64,000 nt of DNA, from the NCBI GenBank assembly GCA_051362555.1, contig CM120648.1:19898587-19962586 (forward strand), in the 5' to 3' direction. Shown piece by piece: positions 48,087 through 60,793 of this stretch; position 1 is the first letter of the stretch, and each line of letters opens with the position of its first letter. The translations under genes were made by a program, and so were the position numbers. Origin of the DNA: Lingula anatina (taxonomy: Eukaryota > Animalia > Brachiopoda). The notes beneath the pieces are model-generated. The model ran no database searches, had not been told where the DNA came from, and saw nothing but the letters and a program-made list of their open reading frames with translations.

Positions 48087-48330
48087 GAAACTCCAAAACT
48101 CTGGATGCCATTTTAGTCATATATTTGTATATATATATATATATAAACATTACCATATTTTTCATATCTCTTTTTGTACAGACTGCATTATGATTTAAAT
48201 TAGCTTTTTGAATGGTCAAATGACCCCTTGTTTTTCTTGTTCTGTTTATTTCAGTCATTGGCATATTATCATTATTCATAAATTTCAATTATCACGAAAC
48301 AGATACAACTGTAACAGTGAATTTCCCTCT

Positions 48331-50114
48331 TAGTCTGGATGACTGGTGCTATATTTTGGCCAAATTGCTCAAAATGTGGAAAAAGCATGAAACTTGGCAC
48401 AAATGTTCTTTGGTCTATACTGATCATTTTCAAGGGCAGTGCCCAAAATTTCAAAGCGTTGCTTAGCAACTGTTGCTATGGAAGTGAATTTCCTTAGTAA
48501 CAAGCTAATTAGACCTTTCTTGTCCAGTTTAAATGGTTTAGAAATGCTAATAACTATGTTACAGGGCATCAGAACTATCACTAGACTATTCAAAAGTAAT
48601 TAAAACCCAAATTAACCTAAGCCATGATTGCTAGGCAGTATATTACCCTAGCAACAAGCATTTAAAGTTGCGTTAGTCTATTAAGTAAGGCAAATCTATA
48701 ATACTAGCTAAGAACTATACTTTTGAGAAAGATATTCATACTTTTAATATACTTACATGCACACTAAACTTTACATGGCTTAAAAGACTTCTTTATGAAG
48801 AAAATAAGAGTAAGTGGAGAACCTTTTTTCTCGGAATTGGTAGTAACAAAAGGTGGATTAAAAATACTAAAAGCAGCTTCTTATCACTTTTGGCAAAGAT
48901 TAATGGTTCTTTGAGTGAAGTTCAGGAAAATTGCATTTTAACCCCAGACGAAATCCTATCACAACCATTATGTCAAAACTCAAAAATTGAAAGAAATTGA
49001 AAAACTGTTTTCCATAAAAGATGGTGTAAAAATGTTTTCTTTTTTTACACCAATGATATTATAAATGACATTTGAAATCCCCTTTGTCTAGAGGAACTCG
49101 ACAAAAAATTAACCTTAACACCAACTTTCTGGGCTAATTCAGCATCCAAAAGAGCTTACCATCTGAATGGCTATCTCTTCCCATGGAAGGAAATTGAGCA
49201 TAGCAATCCAAGAAATAATTGACTCAATTAAACAAGTTACCAAACCATCCAGATATTTTTTTCGCAAAAATCCTCCAAAGCCATATAATATCACTAGATA
49301 AAGGTGTAGGTGAATGGCAGACATATTTAAAAAAAAAAACCTTGAGTACTGATAATTGGGAACTAACATTTAGGAAACAGATCACAAGAAAATGAAGTTT
49401 CTCCAATTCAGAATAAATCATAGAATATTCAATACTTATGCTTATCTTATGAATTTGAGAATTTTGCAATACTGCTAGGGAAAATATTCAGTTTCTGTTC
49501 GTTTTTTGGGATTGTCCACATGTAAAAAATGTTTGGATGTGCATCACTTGCCCAGCTAAAGATAATTTAGGTGTGGTCATTGATAGATCTCCAGAGATAT
49601 TTGTATTTGGGTTTGTGCAAGCATACACTATTTATGTACCTATCTTAATAACTAAGAAACATGTGAGTATATGTAGAATGAGAACAGAAAGATGGGAAGG
49701 AACTGGAGGGTATGTAAAATGCTACAGAGATACCTGTAAATATATTATTAAATATATATTATTAAATATATATTATTAAATAAATAATGTTTAATACTTG
49801 TTGCTAGGGTAATATGCTGCCTAGCAACTGTTGCAATGGTTTACTTGGATTTTTAATGTCTTAAAATAATATAGTGATAGTTCTGATGGCTTGAAACATT
49901 ATTAAGAGCCTTTTTAAATCATTTAAACTGAACAAGAAAGGTCCAATTAGCTTGTTACTAAGGTAAATCACTTCCTTAGCAACGGTTGCTAAGCAACGCT
50001 TTGAAATTTTTGGCACTACCCTTGAAAATGATCAGCATAGTCCAAAGAACATTTATGCCAAGTTTCATGCTTTTTCCACCTTTTGAGCAATTTTTGCACC
50101 AGTCATCTAGACTA
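48331..50114. mobile_element. Academ-like non-autonomous element (TAG...CTA, 3-bp TSD TCT) containing an L1/Tx1 remnant
   Basis: tagtctggatgactggtgc / gcaccagtcatctagacta; imperfect inverted arms about 330 bp; interior reads QFRINHRIFNT and FWDCPHVKNVW. Confidence 0.75.
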
Positions 50115-50191
50115 TCTGGGTTTTAACTGTTGTTTATATTTAACAAAAAGAAACAGCACTATGCTGTCAAGTGCAAGGAGCCAAGTTGTTT

Positions 50192-50352
50192 TAAAATAGG
50201 TTGTTCTATTAAAATAGACAGAACTGTTTTTATACGCTGTGGTATACAGTGTTTGTCCACATAAATAGAATTAAAATAGGTTGTTCTATTAAAATAGACA
50301 GAACTGTTTTTATACGCTGTGGTGTACAGTGTTTGTCCACATAAATAGAATT
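50192..50352. repeat. 80-bp tandem duplication
   Basis: taaaataggttgttctattaaaatagacag...atagaat twice. Confidence 0.9.
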
Positions 50353-50599
50353 CCTCTCTCTTCTTTAGAATGTCAATTTAATACTTTTGATTTACTGAAC
50401 AGCTGTGGCCAACAAACATATGTTATCTCTATCTTATAAAGTATAAGGGTGTGTGTATGTGTGTGATCATTTGTGGATATGTAACAGTATAAGAAACGTT
50501 GTGCAGCATAAAATTTGTTAAAACTACATAGTCATAGATAGCCTTGTGTATAAAGTTGGAGCCATGATATGTAAAAAATGAAGTCCTCTTTTTCAGATA

Positions 50600-51300
50600 T
50601 TCTAGTCTTACATACAGTATGTAGTATTGGGCCAGAATATCACTTGTTCTAGTCTTACATACAGTATGTAGTATTGGGCCAGAATATCACTTGTTCTAGT
50701 CTTACATACAGTATGTAGTATTGGGCCAGAATATCACTTGTTCTAGTCTTACATACAGTATGTAGTATTGGGCCAGAATATCACTTGTTCTAGTCTTACA
50801 TACAGTATGTAGTATGGATCAGAATATCACTTGTTCTAGTCTTACATACAGTATGTAGTATTGGGCCAGAATATCACTTGTTCTAGTCTTACATACAGTA
50901 TGTAGTATTGGGCCAGAATATCACTTGTTCTAGTCTTACATACAGTATGTAGTATTGGGCCAGAATATCACTTGTTCTAGTCTTACATACAGTATGTAGT
51001 ATGGATCAGAATATCAATTGTTCTAGTCTTACATACAGTATGTAGTATTGGGCCAGAATATCACTTGTTCTAGTCTTACATACAGTATGTAGTATTGGGC
51101 CAGAATATCACTTGTTCTAGTCTTACATACAGTATGTAGTATTGGGCCAGAATATCACTTGTTCTAGTCTTACATACAGTATGTAGTATGGATCAGAATA
51201 TCACTTGTTCTAGTCTTACATACAGTATGTAGTATGGATCAGAATATCACTTGTTCTAGTCTTACATACAGTATGTAGTATTGGGCCAGAATATCACTTG
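50600..51300. repeat. 47-bp minisatellite, 15 units
   Basis: ttctagtcttacatacagtatgtagtattgggccagaatatcacttg; four units are a 46-bp variant (…tatggatcag…). Confidence 0.97.
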
Positions 51301-51852
51301 GTTGTTGTGGGATTTTGTACTTTTTATTACTCAGTCAGAAAAATTTCATTAGCATGGTGGGCCTCATATAATATGCTTACAAACTTGAGCATTGGTTGAT
51401 CAAACATTTATATTGTTTATGCATCAATTATGTGCATATGTTATTGTTTATACAGAATGAAGTTAATCCAAGCCTGATATGTGTATATATTAGTGTTATG
51501 CAAGGTGTATTTAATAATAACGAACAGCAGTATTAACTACAGACTTCAGTGCAGTGATTTAGCTGGCATCATACCAGGAAGTTTATCAACAATTCTGTCT
51601 TCTCTGTAATGCTGAGATTTGAGACACAACTGTTGACCTTTGCAATTAATGAAAAATAAATATATTTTTCTTGAAATACAAGCTATTGTCTGTCTTGATT
51701 GACAGTAGACAAAGTTGTACATATATTCTATAAAGAAGTTGGATGAAAATGACCACTACTGGTAAGATCCTAAAAACATTACTTTCCATTTGCAATTGAA
51801 AAACGATTCCGTATAAACTTTTGTAGTTCTAAGGTATAAGCTAGGGTGATAT

Positions 51853-52089
51853 TTACAAGACTGAAAAGCTTTTAAGCATCATTTTATCAGCAAAATTTGG
51901 AAAAAGTAACCTTAAAGATATAAATATTTTGGATGGTATATCTGTGCTAGTGTATACTTCATATTGCCTAGTAACAGTTGCCTTGGTGATCTCCAATTAA
52001 GGCAACAAGTTCTGATTGTACTGGCTGTATGGAGTTGTGCCAGTCACTGCCAAACATGCCTACGAATGATTTCACCGCTCTCTCCGTCC
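51853..52089 (-). pseudogene. 11-beta-HSD1-like SDR, terminal exon with +4 frameshift
   Basis: ctatcttttcag acceptor (phase 1); TERAVKSF...ELVA[+4]LEITKATVTRQYEVY...LFPNFADKMM...*; ALEI.K...RQ.EVY resembles the HSD11B1/HSD11B1L C-terminus. Confidence 0.75.
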
Positions 52090-53998
52090 CTGAAAAGATA
52101 GGGTTTGATTAATAAAATGTAGGTAGAAAGACCAAGGAAATATTTAGTTGTAATTAATTAATTATTGTTTTGAAATAGAAAAATGATGGATTTAAGTTGG
52201 AAATTAGGATTACTGGAAGAGGGCACTGAATAGGTGAAATTACAACCTCTTTCATATCAAATTCACATGATAGATATATTTTATGAATGTACATATGAAC
52301 CAAGCATCGGTGGAGTGTGGATTCCCAGTAACACATAAACCACTTCTACTAGTTTCCTATACGGCTCAAATAAAATCAACATGTTAAGGGATAAACTGAA
52401 TAAATCACTCGTTCTGCCAAAAAAGAGCTTTAGACTGCTCCTTTCTTTAAATTTTTGGTCAAAAATTTTACCTACTTTCCTGACCTAGTTTTCTGCCACA
52501 TTGATATACAGCAGCAAATCCATTCAGATATGATTTTTCGGGTAAAATTAAAAAGTGTCTTTTGGTTATCATCTTAGTTATACTACTAAAAACTATATGC
52601 TGGCATTTTGGTTAGCTTTTATGGCAAAATGTGCCAAAATTTAAGACTGAAAGATTTAATAGTATTTAGTCCTTTATTCCATATGCACCTTTAAATCGTG
52701 GAACGCAACTTATTTTGTTCTTATTTTATTATTATTATATATACAGTCATCCAGAGGAAACAGTTCAAGTCTTATTATCTTTACTGCTATGAAATACGTA
52801 CACTGGTCTGGAAGAAATACAACATTGGTAAAAAAGGTTGTCCCACCCCCAGTTTCATGTCAGGAAATGACGTAACCGCAGAGGTCGCATTGTCCAATGG
52901 CATGGCTTCTTTTTATGTACAGACACAATATAAGAAAAACAGATTGGCCAATTGTCATTGTACTCACAGGACTGGTCAATCTTGCTAAAATGCAGGTTGA
53001 GTTCAAAAATCAGTATAATCGGGCCATTATTTTAGGAGTTATGCTGTTTTTTCACAATTCCACAGATTCAATTCTTAGGCATGTTAACAGTCTCATAATT
53101 GAATTAATAAGAAATGTAAAAGTGTTTGTTTGATATTTCCTGCATCTTTACAACATTTTTAGCTGATTATGTAAAAATGATGGTAAACTTGTTATCGTGA
53201 ATTGTGTAATAAAGTGTCAAAAATGGAAATAAACTCAAATCATTGCAGTTTGTCAGATGCATTCATCCACTATGTTCAGAATCTCAGAATGGAGGACGTT
53301 GGACATTTAACACTGTTCTATTGATACTTTTCCCATCTCATCAATTTTCTTCATTGGTCATATAAAAATGGCAGTAAACTGTTTATTTTGTTTTATGTTA
53401 AAATAGTGTTAAAAATGGAAATAAACCCATTTCAGAACAGTGCTGTCTTGTTTACATTTTGGCATTTTCAGTATGTGACTTAAAAGTTCCATGGGCCTGA
53501 AGACTTTTGCTAGTCACATTTTCTGAATAACCATGATACTAATATTTTATAATTAAAAATTGATGGTCATTATGCTGCAAAACATTATGTAATGTTGCAT
53601 CAAAATTTGAAGAAACCCCTATTTTGGGCACTGCTCCCATGATGACCATTTAAGGAAAGTCATGTCACTTACTGTTCTCAAACTTACAGGAAAGAAACAT
53701 GGGACTAAAATACAGCTTCAGTAGGCAATGCAGTCTGTTTGGTAAATTTTTCTGGTAGTTAAGCAGTTTTTTTGTGAAAATGTAATTTTTCACATATTGG
53801 CATTTTCAATGTATGACTTAGAACCTCCACGGGCTTGAAGACCCATGCTAGTCACATTTTCTGAAAATTCATGACACTTATATTTTATTATTAAAAATCG
53901 ATGGTCATTATGCCGTTAAGCATTATGTAATAGATTAATAATAAGGAAGCAGTGATAATTATGCAGGTAAATTTTGTTTAATATTGCAAATAAGTTTT

Positions 53999-54002
<4 letters not shown>

Positions 54003-54075
<73 letters not shown>
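54003..54075. repeat. (TA)n microsatellite
   Basis: Uninterrupted TA run. Confidence 0.97.
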
Positions 54076-54077
<2 letters not shown>

Positions 54078-54122
54078 AACTGGAAGATTAAAAGTTTGAA
54101 TAGCATCTTTATTGGAATTATA

Positions 54123-54355
54123 TTTACCTCAAGCTCTGCCAAGGAGGTCATATTTTCACCCCCGTTTGTCTGTCATCCACATAACAAAAAGTTATGGACT
54201 GATTTTGCAGAAATTTTCAGGAACTGTTTGAAGTGGGCCAAAGAGGACAATGATTAATTTTTGGTGGTGGTCTGGAACAATAATCAATCAATTATCAATA
54301 ATAATCAACAATTGCTGCCTTGGCAGAGGTCTGCACTCTCAAAGTGCTTTTCTAG
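54123..54355 (+). mobile_element. Short HINE-like element (third family)
   Basis: ctctgccaaggagg...gtttgtctgtc...cttggcagagg-tctgcactctcaaagtgc-ttttctag architecture. Confidence 0.55.
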
Positions 54356-55170
54356 CTTTGTTATGTTTTCCTTTATAATTTTTTCTCAAACACTTGCATT
54401 TGTGACTTTTAACTCTCATCTGCCTGGGGCTCTGCACATTTTCTGTATTTCCACATAAGCAGTTGTATTGTTTTTTATGTCTTTAAACATTATGTAATAT
54501 TATTTTATGCACTGTCATCATTTTTCAAATATTGAGAGTTTCATTTTATTATTAAAAATTGACGGTCATTATGCTGTTAACCAATATGTAATATTGCATC
54601 AGAATAGAAGAAAACAATTATGGGTGCTGCCACCATGATGACCATTATGGGAAAACCATGTTACTTATGATTGCCAAATGTTCAAAAAAGAAATGCAGGA
54701 CTAAAATGCAGCCTGAGTTGGAAAAGTAGTCTAATTGGCTTCTTTTTCTGGAAGTTATACATTTTCAAAGTGTGAACTTGAACTCCCATGGGCCTGAAGC
54801 CTTATGCTTGTTACTCGTTTTACTTACATTGGTATTACCTGTTGAGCATAATTAAAATTTGATGTTGAATTTGCAGTTTAACATAATGTACTTTTGCATC
54901 AGAATTGACAGTAGCCTATTTTGTGCATAGTTATTTCCTGCTTTTTGTCTGTACATTTGACAGCTTTGCTGCCTTGTTCGTAATGGTAGGTTAGAGAGGA
55001 CTGATATAAACATCAGAGGTGGAATTTGGATATACGGTTTGATTGTGCGTATGCCATGCACGGAATTTACAAACGAGCGACGGGATGATGTAGCCTGCAG
55101 TATTAGCGGTAAGCGTGCCAAGTTTTAGGCCGCTCCGATGCCCGGCAGTATTTTATTTCGATTATTATTA

Positions 55171-57760
55171 GGGGTGGGCAAATGAAAGCTTTTTTGGGAA
55201 ATTTAATTTCAGACAAGTGGATTCTATGGCCATTTTGGCTGCTGAATACAAATCTAATAAGTATTTTCATTTTAAATTACATCTGATATTGGTATCAGGT
55301 GATTTTTCAAAATGGCCACCAAACGCTCCCTCAAATCACATATTTCTCATGTAAATCTTTAAATATCAGTTCAAACATGGCTTTTTATATGTCTAACCAT
55401 ATGATTTCATGATCAATGAGCATAAATAGATACATCATTTTGGTTGGGTCACTTCATTTTGGGTTAAAAAGAGGATTTTTTGGTCAATTTGAGGTAAAAA
55501 TCACCCCAAAATCACCATTTCTGTGTACATAAATACAAATGTTTATATGCAACTGTGGCTTTTAAATTAGGAAAAACAATAATACAACAAATGTGGTCAG
55601 TATTGTTCAAGGATCACATGAAACTGAAAAGTTTTGACATAAAGAATAGCATAATGTTAGTTACATATGGGAATATTTACAGTAGAACACTCAGTAGCAG
55701 AGCATTAAGGATATTGTTACTCTTTATTACCATCCAGATACCGAAAATGAGTTTTTTCCTTGCATCTAATTATTCAATAATGTATCTGTCTTTGTGCTGC
55801 TTTGAAACAATGAAAAAACTCTTGAAAATATGAAATAATGGCGTTTATATTTTTTCGTTGCAATGTATAAGCATAAGCAACGCAAAGCTTTAATCATCTA
55901 TTTAACAGCTTTCTTTTTTGAGATTAGTTAGCAATGCATATGGGGCATAACTTCATCCCTGAACAAGATTTTATCACAAGGATTGGCCAATGGACCACAA
56001 GGGCATGAGCTACAATCCCATGCCAATGTTATGGTTTAAATGCTTTTGTTATGGAGTCATTAGTCCGTAATGACCGATCTTCTAAAAAAACAAAGGTATT
56101 ATTTTGCTTTATCAACGATCAAATCTGAGCTAAGGTTTTTAAAAAATCGCTGGCAGGGTTTTGGGGTACTAAATGGTGTCATTAAATTCGCTTTGAAATA
56201 GTGATCACGGGTGTTCAGGTAAAACAGACATTTGAGAAACCGATTTTTCAGTTTTTACCCCCAAACTGCAATTATACCATCCACGTAAGATAATGTGTAA
56301 ATGTTAATTGATGTAATCACTGAACACTGAAAATTTATTTATCACCGAAAAGAATGTATGTAAGGCAGTGAATAAGGAGTTTTGGGTGAACGGTGACAAT
56401 ATCCTTATTGTCTTCATTTATAACCTAGTCACACTATAGGCGGAATGAGCTAGAATGTAGTCGGAATAAAAAATTCTTGTTTGTTCCTGGATATTTGAAG
56501 TATCTTAAAATTCTAAGCGCATTATAAATGTTTGGGTCCATTCTTGTGTCCTGTTAAAATGTTTTGCTCATTCTCAAAACTTTCGAAGTGCATTGCAAGT
56601 GGAAAAATATCGAATGGCATTCAAGTGTATTCTAACTGCACTATGAGCGCATTCTTAAAATTCTTACGAAATTCCAACAGCATTCGAAACATTTTGATCA
56701 CATTCGAGGGAGAACCGAAATGGCAAGGCGCTTCAAATCTTGTCAGAATGTTCCACATTGTGCCTCCAATGAGCAGGGATGCAACTCGAATGCATCTTGA
56801 TTGCAGGCTGGGATTCAGCCAACAATGAAACCACACTTGTATGGCATTTGAAGTGCATTCTAAATATTCTCACTATATTTAGGGTGAACGGCATTAGCAT
56901 TAACGATATTCCTAATGTGTTCCAACTACATTCGAGCTGCATTTGAGAGCTAATACAATACAACCGAAATGCGCAAGAATCATTCCAGTTGGGTTCGAAG
57001 CGCATTCTGAGGTATTCTTGCTGGAATTAAGGTCAATTTGATATTACCCAACAAATGTGGCGCGAATTTTGAAAATTCTTCATTATGGCTCTTTCTGCTT
57101 GATTACTTCAGATTCCAAATAAGTGTGACAGGGGGCTTTACAGTGCCTTCTGGTCTCAGTGTATTTCTTGTTGATGCTTTCATGGTTGTGGTGAGATACT
57201 CTTAAACTACACAACTGAAACTAAGTACTATTCCAAGGTCAAGAGCTTAGAGGTTGTAAGAGGTTGATGTCACCTGACAAAGTTTTAGCTGTTCTGAAGA
57301 AAAGAAAAATTATACAGCATAAAATTTGTTGGTACACATCCATAAAGGTATTTTCAGCATTGTTTTTATACCAAACTGTAATCCATGAATTCAGTATGTA
57401 CATAATGGCCATTATTTATATTTATCTTAGGCTCGAAGTGTGTTTTTTATGTATATGTTTGTTTTAAATAACATATTTTTACAGATGTCACCCTAACAAT
57501 ATTGCCAATGTCTTGAATATGCTCATATTTGAACTCAGCAACCCTCAAAACATATAGAAAGACATATTACACATCATTTTTATGTACTTTACTGTGAAAA
57601 TATGGCCAAAAAGCCATTTCCCACCTTTTTTCACAAACAAATAGCAGATACCGATATAAATCTTTAGCTTTGGTAAAAAATATTGTCAGATTTGTGTTCA
57701 GCAGCAAAAATAGCCATAGAATCCACCTGTTTTAAAAAAATTTTGTCATTTGCCCACCCC
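55171..57760. mobile_element. TIR DNA element (GGGG...CCCC)
   Basis: ggggtgggcaaatga / tcatttgcccacccc; tattatta on both sides; further inverted similarity around atagccatagaatccac. Confidence 0.7.
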
Positions 57761-58235
57761 TATTATTATGTTGGAACTGGTTCTTTTTTGTTTCACAAGC
57801 TCATTCTATTTTATTGTCTCTATGGAGGTATATGGGGACTTTACGACATTCGGTTTGAAGGCTTTAACCACTTGTTATAGTTTATTTTTGCATTGTATTG
57901 GATTAATGTGGCAGTCTGAAGTTGTCCTAGGTGGTTTTCAAGTTTATGCACCGGGTTTTAATATCATTTAGCGATTTTACGACAACCGTTTACTATCCAA
58001 TCAAGGTGACAGCCGAGCGTGCTTTTGACCAATGTTGTATATACCATAAAACTAAGAAGAGCTAGGTCGTGATTATTTCAAATGAATTCAATTATTAAAT
58101 CAAAACACTCAACCTGTCTGAAAAGGTCTTCTGCAAGAATGTTGTTCGAGACTGAACAAACGGTAATTTTTTTTCATCTTCTTGTTATTTGAGACGTTTT
58201 ATTTCAAGTGATTGACAGGCAGACGACATACCCAC

Positions 58236-58449
58236 CCGCAGTAGAGGAGACCACAGAAAGGTGACCACGACTATTAGTCAACAGAGGTAGTGCATGGGAC
58301 GCCAGATGAACAAATGACCGGAAGTTAACGTCCATACTGGTGGTCAGTCTCGTGAAGTTATCCTCTGTCCCCAGCCACGGCTGGACGTTAGGCGATATAG
58401 CATGGTTCAAAATCAGTATGTCCAGCCCGCCGAGTTTGTTTTCCGTAAA
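58236..58449 (-). CDS. 11-beta-HSD1-like SDR, internal exon (probably part of a pseudogene)
   Basis: ccaag acceptor, g/gtgggt donor; KLGGLDILILNHA...SMDVNFRSFVHLASHALPLLTNSRGHLSVVSSTAG is typical of HSD11B1/HSD11B1L. Confidence 0.85.
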
Positions 58450-60004
58450 CTTGGTTTATGAAAAAAACAACAATGTTTTTATAATATTTAACCAATCGTT
58501 TGTTGCAATTCTAGAGACATTTCGCAGTTGTGCACACTTTAATTGCTGTACTGTTTTCACTGTTCGTTTAAAATTGCTTTCGTTTAGGTCACAAAAGTCG
58601 TCACGCTTGTTTCCATGAATATTATATTAATGATAAAAAACTAAACTTGGCATCCAATTGCTCATTATTCAGACATCTTCTTGTATATTTGACAATACTG
58701 TCATTCACAACGTTCACATTGTTCAGGACCCATATACTGTAACCCCTCTACCCATGATGACTGCCGAAATTGATAATGCCAAAAGTTTAGCTGGGTCCCC
58801 GATCTTAATTGCCCTGAGTGCCAGAAACGTATCATTCTCATCTAAATCGTTAACTTTAGGCAACTAACCAGAAATATCCGAAAGGCTAACCTTTCTCGCT
58901 GATAACAATACATCCATGGTTTAATAATTTTACTTGCTGTCAAAAATATCCAACAATAAACACGAGCATAAAAATCCCGCACACTACACTCTCTCCCCGA
59001 ATGCGCATGCGTACAACTTTTCGTAGCTACTTACAACAAAACGATCGGACTTACGTGAAAAGTTACAATAATTTTTAAGTTACAACCTTTCGAGAATACG
59101 GCCCCAGTTGTTAATAGATGGCGCAGCGAGTAGTTTTTAGAGGACATTGTGTTTTTGGTGCAAAGATGAAAAACCACCTTCGTCGGGGTTTACAATTGTA
59201 TTTTTTATGGATTATGCGATATAGGCCTATTTCTATTATTTTCTTTTTACCTACACAGTTTGGTAAAATGCTTTTTCTCCTTGATTATATCGGCTTATAG
59301 AAATATAAATTTTAAAAAATTGTTTGAAAAAAATGAATGTAAATTTGAATTTTTACAAGTGTTAATTTCTATAAACATATACAGTAGGTTCAAGCTCTAT
59401 TTAAATAAAAGAGAAAAATAACAGGAATAAAAGTTTAAGCAGAGTTTCGAATTGTTGATATCGAATATAAAAAAATAATGGGGGATATTTACTGGTCGTT
59501 GATGCTGTTTCCCCTCTCAAGCTCTGACTTAGCGTAGTGGAAACCAGATTTGAAGAGTGACAAGCCCCCGAGTGTCCAGACCCCGAGGCCCACGCTAAGG
59601 AGGCGAGGGCCATTCCCTAAAAACGCCCCCCCCCCCCCCCCCCGGCAAATAACCTGTATCGGTCCCTGCGTCCCCCCCCCCCCCCCCCTTCAATGAATCC
59701 TGGATCCGCGGGGAAGAGGGGCATGAATCTCTGTCAACTCCTGCCTTCGCTTTCTATAATGATCTCTTCACACATCTGGAACCAGTTACATTTAGGTGAA
59801 AACGGCACAGCAGGCCAAGAAATCTTTTACGTTAATAATTTTGATATTGTCATTTTTTCATTCTTACAAAGATTTTTAAAAATACTGTCTCCTAGACATA
59901 TCTGTTAAATATATCCCGACTTTTCTTTTCTTTTTTAAATTATATAATCTTATATAGAAATGAAAAAATGAGTTCAGGAATTAAAGCCGAAAAGTTATTG
60001 AATG

Positions 60005-60050
<46 letters not shown>

Positions 60051-60793
60051 GTGTGTGTGTTTTGCCTTATAACTCCTACCTCCGCTTTCAAAAATAAACT
60101 CTCCAGCCGTGTGGTATCAATTACATTTGGGAGAAAAGGACACTACAGGTCAGGACATCTGGTACATTAATATTTTTGATACTTTTCTTTTTTCGCTTTT
60201 ACAAAAATTTGTAAAAATTGTATCTCCTCGACATACATGTATCTGTTAAATATCCCACTAAAATATCCCCAAGTTATATAATCTTATAGGCCTATAGAAA
60301 TGAATTAAATGATTACCCATGATATGATAGATTTTTGTAAGATACTGGGGGAGAGAGAGAGAAGCGGGGCGAAATTGTGCTGGAATTTTGGGTGAACTCG
60401 GACTGGCTGTGGTGTAAAAAAAATGGACATCGGACTCAGGTCGGACTTGAAGAACAAAACAAACAAGCACAAAACAAGCACGAACGTAATCTCCTCTCAA
60501 CTCATCTAACACACTCACGTGGTCAAATACACCCCAGGTCAGCCTCCAGGGGTCATGTAGATACTCCCCCGCACCGATAATCCCCCTTAGTAATTTTTTG
60601 TATTACGTGCATCGATGCGACCCCACACCGATAGATCCACGCAACGGTAGCCTACATCCCCACACCAATACTCCCCCGCACCGGTACTTACCCTCAGTAG
60701 GCCTATGTTTGTAATTGTGGGGATATACAGTAGGCCTACCGGTGCGGGGGAGTAGGCCTATCGGTGCGGAGACGTATCGACAAGTAACCGCCT

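Larger units (their letters stand above)
52911..54977 (+). mobile_element. HINE family A, internally deleted copy
   Basis: ttttatgtacagacaca joined directly to a core unit; 3' end gtctgtacatttgacagctttgctgccttg; contains (TA)n. Confidence 0.75.
52820..58037. mobile_element. Tc1/mariner-type non-autonomous element (same TIR as 13834-16021) hosting nested inserts
   Basis: ta-caacattggtaaaaaaggttgtcccacccc ... cttttgaccaatgttg-ta. Confidence 0.7.

Noticed and set aside
44385-50120. CACTA element from cccagatag (44385) to ctatctggg (50120)
   Set aside because: Flanking dinucleotides differ (ta/tt) and the right motif is explained by the Academ-like end plus its TCT TSD; 44385 looks like an orphan terminus.
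50600-51300. CRISPR-like array
   Set aside because: Units are contiguous with no unique spacers, no cas genes, eukaryotic context.
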